Assembly (NCBI GenBank): GCA_002633005.1
Contig: NMRA01000492.1
Coordinates: forward strand, 144,355 to 208,354
Length of the DNA stretch: 64,000 nucleotides
Origin: Phoronis australis
Lineage: Eukaryota > Animalia > Phoronida
Direction: 5' to 3'
In this document: positions 1 to 15,000 of the stretch, piece by piece
Layout of the letters: each line of letters opens with the position of its first letter
Numbering within the stretch: position 1 is the stretch's first letter
Translations under genes and position numbers: made by a program
The notes under the pieces: generated by a model
The model's input: only the letters and a program-made list of their open reading frames with translations
Databases searched by the model: none
Told to the model about the DNA's origin: nothing

Positions 1-1289
1 TGGCGAATTTTCAAAATGCATTAACCACTAATTTTTGTTAAAAACAACACCACGGCGGTATTCAGCTGGAAAAAAAGCAACCAAGTACGGTTTTCGATTT
101 TTAAAAATCTATGTACTAATAACTAAAAACTACAACCATTGGGTACGATTGAAGATAAACTACCACGCATATTGATATACTCGGTGGACACGCTGATCAG
201 AGTTAACAATATCACATGGATTCATTTTATGATATTCTATCAATCTCGTTTGACCAGGAAACAGTTGTTGTGCCCACTTTTCATTTTTTATTACTGACAA
301 AGAGCTAGAATAGTTATATAGTCAGTGCCACCGAAATTGTCCAGAGATTCCAAATCTTCAGTTTGGTTATCACCATATTTGTACTTTTGTATATATTTTA
401 TGATTTGAGTTCTAATAAAGATTAAACTTTAATGACACGTGAAACGTTTAGTGTACCTGTATTGTGGTAAGTTTAGGGATGGGCTCACAATGAACTTAAC
501 TAATTGAGTTTAGCTGGCGATCAAAATCTACCATTGTTTTGGTACTTCAAGCTTAAAACTTAGATATAAAGTTATCAACCCATTCCCGTTAAAAAAAAAT
601 AAAAAAAATAAAGAAAACCAATATGAAACTTATCGTTCCTTTGTGGTAATTGTCCCTTTGTGAAGATAAACACAAGTTAACCTTTTTAGTCATTTTGTAA
701 TATTTATAATGTACCAAGTTAAAACTTCTCTCTAGAGTTGCAGGCTATAACTCTATAACTCTGCAAATGCCAGAGAAAACCAAATTGGGGGTACTAACAA
801 CAACCATTGCTGAGACAGTAATGCTAGCTATTACCTTTCCACTTCATTAGCTCAGATCTACATCAATACAAAGGGCGTGCTGAATAGGCATCCTAAAAGT
901 TGTCTGGGGCTTAGGGAATCGGAGCCATCACTAGTGTAAGCGAGAAATTCTCCATGTTGGCCATGTGAGCCCATGCTAATTCAGTGTTTGCTGACAGAAA
1001 GCTGTTGTGAAACGATATTTCGATTGTATATCCTATGGTCAGATGTTAGTGGAATCTTTATTTAGATATTCATATACATTATTGGAATCATTGTTACTGT
1101 ACAACTTTTGCCCTGATGGTTTTGCTATGGAAGGGTATCCTGACTTCGCTGCCCCCGATGAACTAGTAAGTAGATTTGCAGTTTTGTGTCTTAATTCACC
1201 AAAATAATCATGTGCACTTTATTTCTTTGGCTCACTAGTATAGTCTTTTCGTGACTGGAAGTTTAATTTCTAACTTTGGCTGGTTTCTG

Positions 1290-2100
1290 TTCGCGATGTC
1301 TTCAGGCCGGCCGCAACGAGCCTGATCGGGTTCCGAGCCACTGGCCGGGATAACAAGCATTTTGTCTGTTTAGAACTGAAAAAATCGCAAGTCTCAAATT
1401 AGAACACACAGCTATGTTCTCATGTCCCGCGACCGACCTTGGTAAATTGGCCGACCGAACTTTGTAGGCTACGGTACATTCCAATACCTATAAATCCGTA
1501 ACAGCGAAATAAAGCAACACATTTCTTCAATAACTTGATGTATTTGTAAGGGCTTTACGTCGAAGTTTGTTGATTTTTTGGTGTAAAACAATGAATTCAA
1601 CTGATAGGCTGACACCAGTAAGCGTGTTGTGAACTGCTGAACAGATTGCGTTCGAACCTCTGACGTCATCGGTTAATTTCAACACCTCCGTCTTGCCCTC
1701 TTGTGTCAGGTAAAAGAACCGTACTTGCTGTTATCGAGTGGAACTACTTGATCTAAATTGATACAAAGTAGGTTGTTTCTTGGGTGGCATTCTCCTTTAA
1801 GGAAGATTTCAGGTAATTTTTTGAGTCAAAACTGTATTTTTACTCAAGAATTCAAGTTGCCCTAACGACGATCGCGAGGCAGCGGCGCATCAGTCGGCAA
1901 GTTTTCGCCATGGGATTTCACCACATTTTACAAAAAGATCGTAATTTAACTACAAAGTTTGATAGCAATGCGCTACAGTTTTGTAGAAAGTCTGTCATAG
2001 GTTACAGATACGTCAGAGCTCGTAAATTTGATTTCACCTGATGTCGAAGACTGGGTTTCAACCGCCTTGGGCTACAGCAAGCGCCCCCCTTCCGAAATGA
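1290..2100 (+). promoter_or_regulatory. Candidate CpG-rich promoter of the protein 4.1 gene, with a CRE palindrome and a probable non-coding first exon ending at 1812
   Basis: CpG visibly denser than in the following gene body; TGACGTCA at 1661-1668; strong donor CAG|GTAATT at 1812/1813; the phase-0 frame of this exon contains a TAA, so it would be 5'UTR. Confidence 0.45.
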
Positions 2101-5100
2101 ACTTTTCTAAGCACCCTGGGCAAATACGGTAGCCCCAACGCTCAAAACAATGATTTTTATTAACCCTGGCAGCAAGTTGGTGGTGACATGCAAACGGCCG
2201 GGCGACTGAATTTCGGGCTGGGCGAGTAGATTTTCTGGCTCACTCACCCATCTGGCGAGCAGGGTTTTGAAACTTGGGTATATCCCTGCTCTGGCATGAC
2301 TTGATTGGCATTTGGCCATACACCATACTGTAGATTGTTGACATTGACCTGTCATGTCTACAGTCACATACCTCAGCTGTGGCCATCAATGGTCACTGGC
2401 CTGGCTTATATCTCTGTTGTGTATTGTGCTTGGATGGCTCTAGTCTAATTAACTTTCTCACTGACAGCCAAGCCAGTTGTTGATTTGTTGATTGGTGTAT
2501 TTGACCCAGGGGTGACCCCACAAACAAACCATTGGGCTGGGTGTGTATTGGCCTGGGAGGAAGTGCACATTCCAGCTGTAAAGTCTGCTTGGTGGAAGGA
2601 AATGTTGGGAGTTGTCAACTAGATAAGGCAGCTTCATGTTCAGAGCAAGTATATCTTGTAAGTGATGGTCTTTAAATTATGTTTGTATGGCCAGAATTAA
2701 ATTTCATATATTGCGTGTGTCTGCTCATTGTAGCTATGTTCTTATGGTTATCTAAGTTATGATTACTATATTTTCCTGGTTATTTCTGTACGTAAGCAAT
2801 GGCTTGAGCATAAACTTAGTATGGATGAGGTTAATTGCCTGAATATGATTTCATGGATATGTGCTCCTTGTTCCAGTTTGTTATAGCTGCCAAGGAAAAA
2901 ATTAGGGCATAGCTTGAAGATTGCTTTATTCCAACTTAGATATGGTAAAGTTGTTTTCTTCAGAGAAATGTTGTCTGTTTCGAAGTTGTTTCGTGTCAAT
3001 TTCGTTATATTCTATTATCATGACAGGTATTTCGAATCTTTTCTATAAAAATTGAATTAACGAATAATAATTTCAGACTTGTTTTTTCTGAAATTTGTGC
3101 TCAATGTCTGAAATTCTTGCCAATTTTTGCTCCTAGCCTCAATACATGTGATAAAAATTTAATTAAGTTATATGCGATTATGCCAAAACTAAGCAACAGA
3201 ATAAATACAACTGCGATTCATCTAATCGACACACAGTCTTTGGATTTTGTGACCAGCTTAAAGTGTCACAGCTTGCAGTTTGAATAATTTTTACAATTAA
3301 TGTCTAATGTTCCAAGTATCTCACCTGAAATATGCCAAATGAACTAAAAACATCAAAGTCACGAAACATAACATTTCCTTTTAAGTTTCATACGTGTTGG
3401 TTGTTGATTTGAATTTGGTACTGACTAATATTGAAATTCAAACACCTGAAACGTTTGACCTAGATACCTGGTGACTCATTCATAAATTATATGGTAGGTG
3501 TTTGTTGAATAGTGTGATCCTGTGGTTGACAGTATAAACCAGACACTAGTGTGGGTATACCTCTTGTACCAGTTGTAATTTGTTAGCACTATTATCTCTG
3601 CAGGAGTGGCTGTTGAGATGTCTGAACCCATTTAGGCTGATCAACAAACCTCTAGAGTGGATTGGACAAGCTAATTCAAATACACTCCAGCACTAGTCAG
3701 AGTTAAAACACTTAAAAATTAGGGCTACATCATCTCTAGGGACTGACAGCATTAGATGAATTGTTTTCAGTCACAATTTTATTCTGGCTTTGAATGTGTT
3801 GGATTGTATGAGCCTTCCGTGGTCATCATCTAGAGGGCAATGTAGTTGGAGATCCTTGAGGTCTTTAACCACGTTGCTGGACCAGTGCAACTTGTAGAAA
3901 GTTTAATTGAAGCTATTTGGCGTACAATTTGAATGATCATTTTATTAACAGATAAGACAAACCAACCAATGAGTTTGCGTTATGTAAATAGATAAATCTT
4001 TCAGGTGTATTGAGCAGCGCTTGGGAAACGTAGCACTGACTCCTACACAGATTAAAGTACAACTGTTTGCAGTTTGTTGCCAGCAAATCAAGGTAAAGCC
4101 TTAAACATCTAGTTGTAGCGTCTGACTTGGGGAAATTGCGATGTGGTGCCCATTTCAGATTGTCTTTACCTTTGATGAATTAATGCCAAATTCACGAGTG
4201 GTTTATTGCTTTCATGCTTTGTGTTTGCTGGTATGTGGCCTAACTTTTTGGGCAACTATGTAACTCTTGGAGACAGGCTGACAACTTTATTCTTCCCTGG
4301 AAGCCACCTGGCCTTCTGAGCAGCTCGGTTACATAATGAACATCAGCTGCCTTTTAGAGGTCTGTTTTGATTGAAGTACTTGGCACTTCTGCTTGACTGT
4401 TTTTAATAAGAGCAGGGGAAATCTGTACCTCTGAAGTCTATCTAGATTTACCAAGCTCTGTGCTCTCTTGATCCTAATCAGTTAAGCTTCCTTTTGAGAG
4501 TTGTTAGATGATGCCTTTTCCTCAAGGGCCACTCGTGTTAAAAACAGTTTTTGTATGGGTCTGTTTTCCTTCACATGAAGAGAATGGACTTGTGGTGTAT
4601 TTAAAGGAAAACTGCTCATGGCCCTGTTATATATTCCTTTATTTAGAGAGTGCATTTAAAGGAATACTGCTCGTAGCCCCAATGCCATTTTAGCCTGACG
4701 AATGTAAGACCGCAATTACAAATTAAACAAAAATTGCATACCACAGCTGCAGTCTTCTCTGATAGCTAGAGAGGAGCAAAGGCATGTTCTTAATTGTCAT
4801 GAGTAGTATTACTTTGAAATGGTGATTTGTATTACAATTGAATACTTCATTACACGCCATTGTTTTGGGCAAAACCTAAAACTGCAGGCATTGTCTTGCT
4901 TCGAGAGGTGTCATTTCCCAGTTTCATTTGTCATTGGAGAGCAGGATTGCTTTCCGTAAACACAAAGCACTCTCAAAAAATTGAGTTAACGGAAAATCAC
5001 ACAAGTAAAGCCAAAAGTTTTACGAGTCCTCAGGACCTTACTAGTGTATACACTAGCAAAATGGCAGTCTTTGAAGTGATTAGTTGGCGAGGCTGTTTTG

Positions 5101-6518
5101 TTGAATTATGGGACATGAGTTCTGGGGTTTTGTTTCACAAGTGGAGATTTCTTGCCAGGCCCCAAGCCTGCACGGACTTATAAATAATTGGTTCTGAGGG
5201 AGATTTTGTGTTATCGACTGAGCTCTGAACTTTGCGCAGTTCATGCTCTTTGAAAGCATGCAAATAAGAATCTTAGATTGGGATAATCTTAGGATTTCAA
5301 GTCTTACCTTGAGGTTGCAAGTATACCTTGGCTTAGTGTTGGCAAAATACCATGTGCTTTTGTAGTACAGGCGTCCCACACGTTGCAATTATATTATCTA
5401 GTCTGCTGTGGAGGAACTTTAATACTTTAATTTAAAATCCTATTTAAAAAATTTATCAGCTTCTGATACTATGTTGTGGTTGACATGTCCTTTGGCAAGG
5501 GTATTACACACTGTAGCTGATGCTGTGACAACAGTTTTTTTAACATGAAGATGTTAGTTAGGTAATAGGGTTTGGTACATTGTTTTCCTGAGTAAACTAA
5601 AGTGTAGTTTTTGCACAAAAGTTATCATGGGTTAATTACACATATAGCCATGGACTATAACTGTAACTTTAGTTCATGGTCTGTGATTGGGCACACTATT
5701 GACTGCAAAGTCACTATTCACTAACGGCACCTGGTGTGAGTGACAATTTTCCTTTCGAAAACTAAGTTGTCGAATTCCATATGAAAAAAGTTGCGAGACT
5801 GCTGTCTAGTGTTGTCCACACAAACAGACTTGCCCTAGAACATGTTACTTCTGGAAAGAGTTGTTGCTAGGTTTGAGTTCTGTCTGGGTGCTATTTAAAC
5901 TAGCGCAACTTACCCCACTTGTGAAAAGTTATACCACATTATGGAGGTGGGTAACTTGTTCCAGGGTAAATTGTGCCACTTCTAATTCCTGTGTGGCTGC
6001 AAACATGGGGCAAGCCAGAAGTAATTATCAGCAGGGGTTACATACAGATGGGTTTTCTTTTGTGCACCCTACTCGTGTGTTTTGCGTGCGTGCATGTGTG
6101 TGTGGTCGTTCCTCTTAAAAGTGGGGTACAATAAAACCTCACCAGTTTCGGACAAAAATAATTGCCAAAAATAGAACATTGTTCACTTTTCACAGGCTTC
6201 AAACACTGTTGTGAATCAATGATCTCATTTTTTCAAAATATCGTCCGTTGGTAGCCATGTTACAGAACTTGAAAATGGCAGAGCATCATTTTGGCACTGC
6301 ATTATTTCTGGACATATGAGAAAATAAAATTTCATCCATTCGCTATATTGTGTATTAACTGTTGAAAGTTTACCGTAAGTTGCACTTGTGCAGGCTGTGT
6401 GTGGACGGGACCTATGGGCTATGATATGACTCAAATGTGCTGTTTAAAAAGGAATCATTTTATCCACCTACTACCAGTGTTCTTCCTCCACATGTTCATG
6501 CAAGATGTAGAAAAGTGC

Positions 6519-6822
6519 TGAGCCATGTTTGGAAATCTTCAACTACTGTTTGTAAACTACAATAAGCAAGCTCTGAACCATGTTCAAAGTCTTGAACCAT
6601 GTTTGTAGCAAGCTCTGAAGCATGTTCAAAATCTTGAGCCATGCTTGTAAACTAAGCAAGCTGTGTACAGTGTCTAAAATCATGAGCCATGTTTGTAAGC
6701 TAATGTGTAAATCCAGAGCCATGTTTGTAAACTAAGCTAGCTCTCTACCATGTTTAAAATCTTGAGCCATGCTTGTAAACTAAGCAAGCTAATGTTTAAA
6801 ATCATGAGTCGTGTTTGTAAAG
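6519..6822. repeat. Degenerate minisatellite
   Basis: Recurring GAGCCATGTTTGTAAACTAAGCAAGCT / AACCATGTTCAAAATCTT modules. Confidence 0.75.
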
Positions 6823-8862
6823 CCTGAGCTTTTCAGCTTTAAAATGGTAGTGATTGGGATTAGTGTTATTTTTTGTACTTTCTGTGTAAAAATGATGAGG
6901 TCGTGACCAACGAGGGAAAATACTGGGTAACTGTAGCTGTTTATGAACTACGAAAAATAGATCGATCCTTAAATTTTTTAACTGTGTCATGAAATGTTGT
7001 GGAAGATAAACTGACATTGTAAAATATGTTTGGTGTGGTAGGTTGTTCAGTGGAGTGTAAAGTATCAAGAAGACTTGTGTGTGCATTTTGCCTTGTGGCT
7101 CATTCATCAGTGATTAATTACTCCTGCAGTGTGTCCAAATTATCCATCTTCATAAGTGTCTTGTTGGTCTCTTGTAATGTGTCTGCTATGTCGGCACCTA
7201 TCTCATCTGTGTTCTCTTGATATGAACTGTGAGGGCTCTGTGTGAGCACTGATTCATGGTCAATGGTGGATAACATTAAGCCTAGGAATTATTACTTTGA
7301 TATAAGCTTGTCTGGTATTATTTAACTGAATGTTGCCAATCAAGAGATGTGTTCTGGTTTTCTGGTATAGATGCGCAATGTTAAAATTTGTTTTTTCTGT
7401 AGAGGCCATAGAATATTTATTGTGTAGATTAGCAACCCACCTCTGGTTTACATGTGACTTGGTCCAAGATATTTTAAGAGTAATTTTGCAGCTTTTGAAA
7501 CTTTGTTATCGCAACATTGTCGAGTCATCATTGTTGGCCGGTGGCATGTTCAAATGGTTTGCGAAAAAAGTCCGGTCTTCGCTAAATTTAGGTGTATGAA
7601 AGAAATTGTGTTTCGTCTCAGTTATCTCTGCAGGTGTTGACCGCCAGATTTTATCATGGGTCAAACAGAAGCCACTTTTGTGCTATCACAATGCTAGAGA
7701 GGTCTATGTGGAATGTTTGATATTGGTCATGGTCCTTAAATTTTGCTCATGCACATGGAATAAATCATTAATAGCTTGATAACTGAATAGCATGGCCTTT
7801 TATTATAGAGGTCTAAGTGAGTAATTACTTGCTTGATGTCCTAGGTGTAGTCTTTGTAATAATATCTCAGCATGGGATGTCCATAAAGTTGATGAGGTCA
7901 CTGTTGTTGACTCACTTTGATGGTATTTTATTTCTGCTATGCATGTAAGGCTCATTCTTGTATTTGAAATATCTAGGGACACCATAGGATTTGTATCTGT
8001 ACTTGCATCCTGATAATAGGGGCGGAAATGTATTGATTGGCCTTAATAACAATTGATTTTCTACCATTTTAAGAAGAATCGTCTCCAATTAGACTTCGAG
8101 TATAATACAGGCAGTTACGGTAACAATGTCTTGTGTCTCCTGTAGGCAAAGTTGTGCTCTGACCAAAAAAGTAAAGCTGTGTTCTCAGTTTTACCGGTGG
8201 TGACCTGTGCCAAGACAGGTCATTGGTCATGTGATACACTTCTCATCTTCCACACTCTCCTAGAGACCTTGGTTTTCTGTTTTCAAAAACAGAGAAATAC
8301 ATTTTTAAACTAACATAATATTCTGTTTTTTTTCTTTCTGTAAAATGTCAAATTCTGTTTTGCTGTTTCAAAGAGATGAATAGCATAAAAATTACCCAAG
8401 AATTGCATTATTTTTTCAGCTCACTTGTGTCACAGCTCTGTTTTGTTTCTCTGATAACTTGCTGCGTGCCATATTAATTGTTTCTCAAAGCTGGAAAAGG
8501 ACTGCACCTTTTGCATAAGGAACTTGTCTACTGAAAAACTATCGTCTATCGATTTGTGGCCAAAATACATTGAATTTCATGGATCATATATTCTTAATTT
8601 TTGGTCATCATAAACCAAAAAATAGGTTTGTGTCTGCTGCTGTAATATGGAAATTCTGTTCGAAATCCAATTCCAGGAAAGAGGTCACATTGATAAAGCA
8701 ATACCTTTGATGTCACTCGTTTTTTATGAAAAATGAGAAAATAGAATTTCACTATTCCACTAAGAGACTTAAGAGCAATTAAGGTGTTGGAAATATTTGA
8801 GCAAGCAGGTGACCCCCTTTAATGATGCAGCCAATCAGGTTTCTCTGTTTCCTCGTTTCCAG

Positions 8863-9060
8863 GACAACCACGCTGCCCAGATCAACACAGCTGAGCACAG
8901 CACAGAGAATCTCCAACAGGAGTCGGAACAGCCGCCCTCGGCAACGCTAGAAAAACAGAAGAAGGCGTCGCCTAAGAAATCGCCGGCAAAATCCTCTGGC
9001 AAGATGGCCAAGGTCAAGGTACAACTCCTCGACGGTTCTGACCTCGAGGAGACCATTGAT
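8863..9060 (+). CDS. EPB41: 4.1 exon: N-terminal headpiece and start of FERM-N (..[21 protein letters not shown])
   Basis: TTCCAG acceptor, GTGAGT donor; ATG in good context (AAGATGG) at 9004. Confidence 0.9.
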
Positions 9061-12000
9061 GTGAGTAGCCATAGTAACGTGCTTGAAGTTTTTGCATTTA
9101 AACTGAAAAGTGTGTAATTATAGATTAAACTCCCACTTTAAAAGTCCTGAGGATCTGTGAAAGTGTTGCCTTTCTTTTCCAATCCGTAAATGAGGAAATA
9201 ATCGAGTGGCATTTTCAGATATTCGAAGGTTACTTGATATGTCATGGAGGCTTTTTCAGTCCAGTTTGTCACACAAGAAACATTTCGTCTTAAACAATAA
9301 CGTAGCCGACAAGTTTTCACTCCGCTTTCAAGCACCGATTCAGTGGATTTGGCTGAAATCCGAAATTTTTAACAGCATGTAAAATCAGTCTAGAAATCGT
9401 TTTACCAGCCCCCAAGGGTGTGCAACGTATATTGCAAAAACGCGACGAACCTGATGGAAAATACGGGAATACTACCCAGAAATGAAACTGGCGTTTTTTC
9501 TTCAGTTTTCAAGTTAACAAAATAGCTCGTACAGGGCTCGACGCTTAGCTTCACATCAAGTTACCAAATACAACCTGGCAAAATTCTTAGGGTGCCTGGT
9601 GGAAACTGAGGCCGCCAAATTTTCGTTGACAAGAGCGAACATGAAAGAAATCAGTTACCTGAAACGAAAAATCTGCAAACTCGGCGAATGCCCAACATCG
9701 TTCGGAGGAGTATCAAATAAATATTTTTATTGTTCAAAATTGGTGACTGTATTTACACGCTGCCAGATTTGGAAACAAAAAAGAAATTGGCTTTGTAACC
9801 CAAACATGAACTTGTAAGGTCGTGTGTGAGAAGTTGCATGACAATATGGCAACAATGAAAATATCACCATCACAGTTTGAAGCAGCTCCTGTGCTTGGAA
9901 TTGTTTTGTCAAGTTGATAATCTTTGACTGGCAGTTGGTTCTATCCTTTCACACTCTTACAAAGATTTAAATTCCAACCCAACAGATGTGTTTGGTGTAG
10001 CTGCTGCTGCTGAGAGTGAGAAGCCTAGTTGTGTGATTTTGATTCTCTGCATGATCTGGAATCAATGCATTTGTTTTCTTAGCCTCCAACTGTTTCAGCA
10101 AATCACAATCTGTGACATTTAGAAGTGACCTCCATTGCAGCAGGTTTCTCTGTGGTGTTAAGGTCAGACACATACCCACTTGTACATTTTATCTCAAAGC
10201 TCCATGCAGCTTAATCTTAAAAAATCCATTACTTTGGTTCTTGTTTAGGAGTGGAATCAATTTTTTAATACCACCAGTTTAAAAGCTTTCCTATTCACAT
10301 AATATAACACAGTGAACCATGTGTAGTTAGTACTTGTTTCAGTGGAGTGATTCACAGCCACCAGTTTGATTTGTAACAGTTTTAAGTAGACAGACTCTTC
10401 AGAAGTACAGTTGCACGAGACTTCAAAAAGGCAATTATTTGGGTCCAAAGTTTGAACGTTTTGAATATGTCCACCTGGAAGTGTTAAAGCACGGTGTCAC
10501 GAATTATTAAAGAAGCCTTCTCAATTAACATGAAATGTGTCTGTGAAGTGCACTGTCATTGGTTATTGTACAACTGTTTATGGTAAAAGGATGCTGCTGG
10601 GTATAATGAACAACTCGTTAACCTGTCGTGGGTTGTTTGCAGAAAAATGCTGTTGGTCAAGACCTCCTGAACAAGGTGTGCGATCACTTAAATCTGGTGG
10701 AAAAAGACTATTTCGCCCTCTCCTACGACGATGCCAACATCACAGTGAGTAAAGTGCCTTTGAGTTTTGACCGCAAGGTTGTGGGTTCAGTAATAAGTGG
10801 AAACATTAATCACAATTAATGGCTGTTTACTTTTTGTTCAAAATAACTTAAGCAAAATGAAAATCAAAAAATAACTACAAGAAAAGGTTGGCCAAAATGG
10901 AGACACAAGATCGGGAAATGTGTAATAATGAAAACTTGTGTTATAAGAAGCTGTAGTGTCTAAGTTGAGGTAACTGTCCTAAATAACAGAGCTTCAAAGG
11001 TGGGTTTTCCAAAAGTGACCAGTATGAAGCCTTTCGTTTCAAAGTTTCATCTGCTAATCACCTGGATGTGAACATTCTCTGGAACATCTCATGGAATGCA
11101 GGCAGACACCCAGTGCAACCTAATCTAGCCCTGGACAATTTCTTAAAGAATGTGAAATAAGACACCTAGACGGACATGCAGAGTAATTAATAGACTGAAC
11201 AGTGATATATCCATATCATCCCAAGTAATCCCCCTATCCCCTCCGTGGTAGTTGGAAGGCATGCAGCAACGGGTTGCCATCTACAAATGTTGATTATTGC
11301 AACAGATGAAATTCTATGATCACTAACAGCGTTTGCCCAAAACCAAATCACCATTGAGGGCTTGTCTAAATATTTGAAGAGCTCAACCGCCAACATTTGT
11401 TTGTTATCTTTTACCGTCTGACCTCATGCCGAGATGTAGTGTGATTAACATGGGCATGATATCCATTCATAAAGAATGATGTGGCGCGCTTGCGATATGA
11501 GGGTTAAGATTAACGGATTTATCACCCACTCTGTATTGAGGTGAGAAATAGGTCGTGTGGCGGGTGCTATGCGCTTGGGATTTCAAGTTAATGTCTTGGG
11601 AAGGAGTGGAATTGATTACGACGGGGGGAGGTCCGCTCATTAAAAATCGCATCAGAAGGCACCGGCATCTTCCCCTTTGGTGAGCGAGGGACCTGAATTT
11701 ATCCACGACGTGTAGTGGGTATTTTCAATGCCCCAGGTGGATTGAAACAAGGTTTAAAAAGTGATAGAATTTGTTCAATGTTCATTTATAGTGTGCTGTT
11801 GTGTTAAGTCATGAGTTTGGACAGCCTGTTTCTGTGTTGGAGTACACACCTTTCAACACAGAATTGACTCGAGAGATGAGAAACAGGATTTCATGAGATT
11901 CGTAAAGACGTAGCCAGTTATACACCAGACAGGTCCCCATTAATAATATACTGCTCAGGCAGGCTGTGTTGATATACACTAGCCAGGTGCACATAATAGC

Positions 12001-15000
12001 AGAGACTGGCCACGCACGCAGTATATCATACCTGGTGAGGTAGACAGTATCATCTACAATGACTAGTGAACTAGACATGTTTAACACTCGTGTAATACAA
12101 GTTCCCTGTTGTTGACTCATGGTTCTCGAGAACTAGGTGAACTGAAGTTAAGATAACTGAAGAAGGAGGGCATCAAAGGCTCTGCACCTGTTACCTATCA
12201 GTTCTGCTCTTGTCTAACCATTCTTGTCTACTCTGCCAAGTTCTCCGTTACAGAATTTTCATGTTTTCTAGCCACATGACACAAGTAGTTCACGTTTCAG
12301 TATGAAGCACTGACTGGTATTTTGCCATAACATCAAAACGAAGTTACTGTCGCCGTTTGTCTTCATTTGTGATTGTTTTTGGTGTTTCGTGTTGGTTATT
12401 ACAAAATTATTAAAAAACATTTGTTAAATTTTTAATAAAACAACAAAAATGGATCACTGCAATATTCGGATACAATAGCATCCTTCGTCAACGGAAACAG
12501 AAATAAAGTAAAATCAAACACTGCATGACAAATGACATCTGATATATGGCGTAATGAGCGTAATGTAACATGTATCATTTTCATTACGCCACATATCAGA
12601 TGTCAATTGTCATATATTCTACTTTTCGACATGCAAATGTATCCTTTAGAGGATCTGGATTGCCTCTTTTAGTTTCGGATTTATTTTCTACGTTAAATTT
12701 GAAACGTTTATTCCACTAACATTAGACACAAAAATAGCAAATTGGCGAAATTTAGCTGCTATTTTTTCCCAAACTGAAATCTCGCGCGTTTGCTTACCGC
12801 TCTGTTGCGTAGAAATTTATCTCATTTAAAAATAAAAGACCTTAAGCAAAAACCTTGTCTAATGTCAGGGTCCAAACACTGCTGAGATTCAAAGGATTGC
12901 TTTTCCTATAGATTTGTTATACAATAATTTTAACAGGCTATGGGTAGGAGACCATATGGTTATGGCTTCCAGTTCACCAACCAAGGCTTGGAATTTTTCA
13001 CTTTTTAGAGGATTTACTCTTTTGGTTTCAATTTCCTCTTGATTTCAAGATTCCTCCTTTTTCATCCCTTTTTGCTATTATTTTGATTTCATTGTTGCAA
13101 AAACGTTTATTTCAGTGAAATTTTATGACGCAAAAAGTGTTTCTGTCACACAAATCTATTTGTGAAACGATACATCACCTTGAAAATTTTCCTCTTTTTT
13201 GTTTGCCATTGGTCATTCCAAACCCTGACCAACTAAGAACATGAATTTACCGTCAGGCAGCAGTGGTGTTGAGCAGAACATGACTTGTTTGGATAACCAG
13301 TCATGGTTCGAAGGCCACCTAGTCATTTGGTGTCAGAAATAGAATACTGGAATCCCTGCATTCCATTTTTTTAAATTTGCTTGACAAAAACATCACATTT
13401 ATTTAAATCTCAAATGTCATGCAAATGTTAATTTTAAAACCCAATTACCGAGCGTATGCCGCAAGCATTGAACACTAAAGTTACAAAGCAATTACTGTTT
13501 AAAAGGTAAATGAAAAAAAGCAAAGTAGGAAGGTATCTTGTCAGGGTGTAGAAACAGTCCATTGGCCAACCTTGTAAATATTCTGGCTAATCGTGTGTGA
13601 GTTGCATTCTGTTGATGTGTTGTTTTTATCTGTGGGCATGGTTTTAACAGGGTTTAAGCAGTTGTCTCAGAGGTCCAGTTGAGTGTCTTGAGTCCAGGCA
13701 CTAGATTTCACTTTGGCTTCATTGTTTACAGAGTTCAACCATTGGTTTTTGTACATCGTTTCCTCTGTATGTATTTAATTGCACTCAGTCTAGCCTAAAT
13801 TGAAATAAATTTACAAAAGTCTGTTGACATTGGTTTAGAGATCCCGTCATGTCACTGCTTCTCTACCCTGCTGTTGATGTTCGTTCTGATAATTTTAAGG
13901 TCAGCAGGAGTTGACACTCTCCAATGTGCTAGCTAGTTTTTGTTTGCCTAAGTAGTCTGGATTGAACCTCTTCAAAATCACATTATGTACATGTTGTCAG
14001 CTGTTTTAGACATAAAGGCTGCTTGATCATGCTTACCAGACAGGCTGGCCTCTGGTCATTTAAATGTTTTTTGTTCCCATGACAATTCTGCCAAATGTGG
14101 TTGTTGGGGGTGGTGAGTTACTTACCGCTTGCTGATAATTATCCCCGTATTACCTTTTGGTTGTCACGGCGATGGTATCGATAACAAGGTCACATCTCTG
14201 GTGAATTAAATATGCATGTGTTTTTTACGTTCATGTGAGATGTCTTAACTGCTCTACTTTTTGCATTCATTTTTTATTGTGACTGGAATTGCTATTACAC
14301 TGCGATAAGTGGAACGTAAGCTCCAGGTGATGTGATTAGCTAGTTCAAATGAATTTGTTGTCGTAGGATTCCTATTCAATAACCAAGTGTGAAAAACAGT
14401 TACTGGCAACCATTGTTCAAGCAAAAATCTCTAAAATTCAATATTGAAAAATTTTCAAGCTTGACTAAGGTTAAGTGTAGTGACTACCTCATGTTGATCT
14501 TAACCAATAAACAGTTGGCTACGGTGACTTGCCAGTTAGCTATAGTGACTTGTCAGTTAGCTACGGTGACTTGTCAGCTACAGTGACTTGGCAGTTTGCT
14601 ACAGTGACTTGTCAGTTAGCTACGGTGACTTGTCAGTTAGCTACGGTGACTTGTCAATTAGCTACAGTGACTTGTCAGTTAGCTACAGTGACTCGTCAGT
14701 TTGGCCAATTTATGACAAAGTCAGCTGAGTAAAAAAAATATTTTACAATCTTCAAGGGTGTGCATTATATATAGGCTGCTGTTGTTTCATCAGATGGCAC
14801 ATTTGTGGTGCTGTCTAGCTGGTGAAGTGTCTTGACCTGTTATCGATTGTCACATCCCGTTGAAAGGGCAACTATGATAAAAGGTTGTCAGGTGTCCCCA
14901 CAGCTAGGTCGCCTATAGTGGTTCGAAGGTGAAGTGGACTGTCTCCTAGATATCTGTTCTTATCGCTGACTGATAATTTTCCCTGTATGATTTCAGTACT

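Noticed and set aside
835-1669. Possible divergent minus-strand gene from a bidirectional promoter (donor-like sites at 1488 and 835)
   Set aside because: No frame stays open through the candidate exon and no recognisable product; a non-coding transcript cannot be shown from sequence alone
2505-2657. Candidate coding first exon ending at GTAAGT (2658)
   Set aside because: The phase-0 frame has no ATG back to the TGA at 2502
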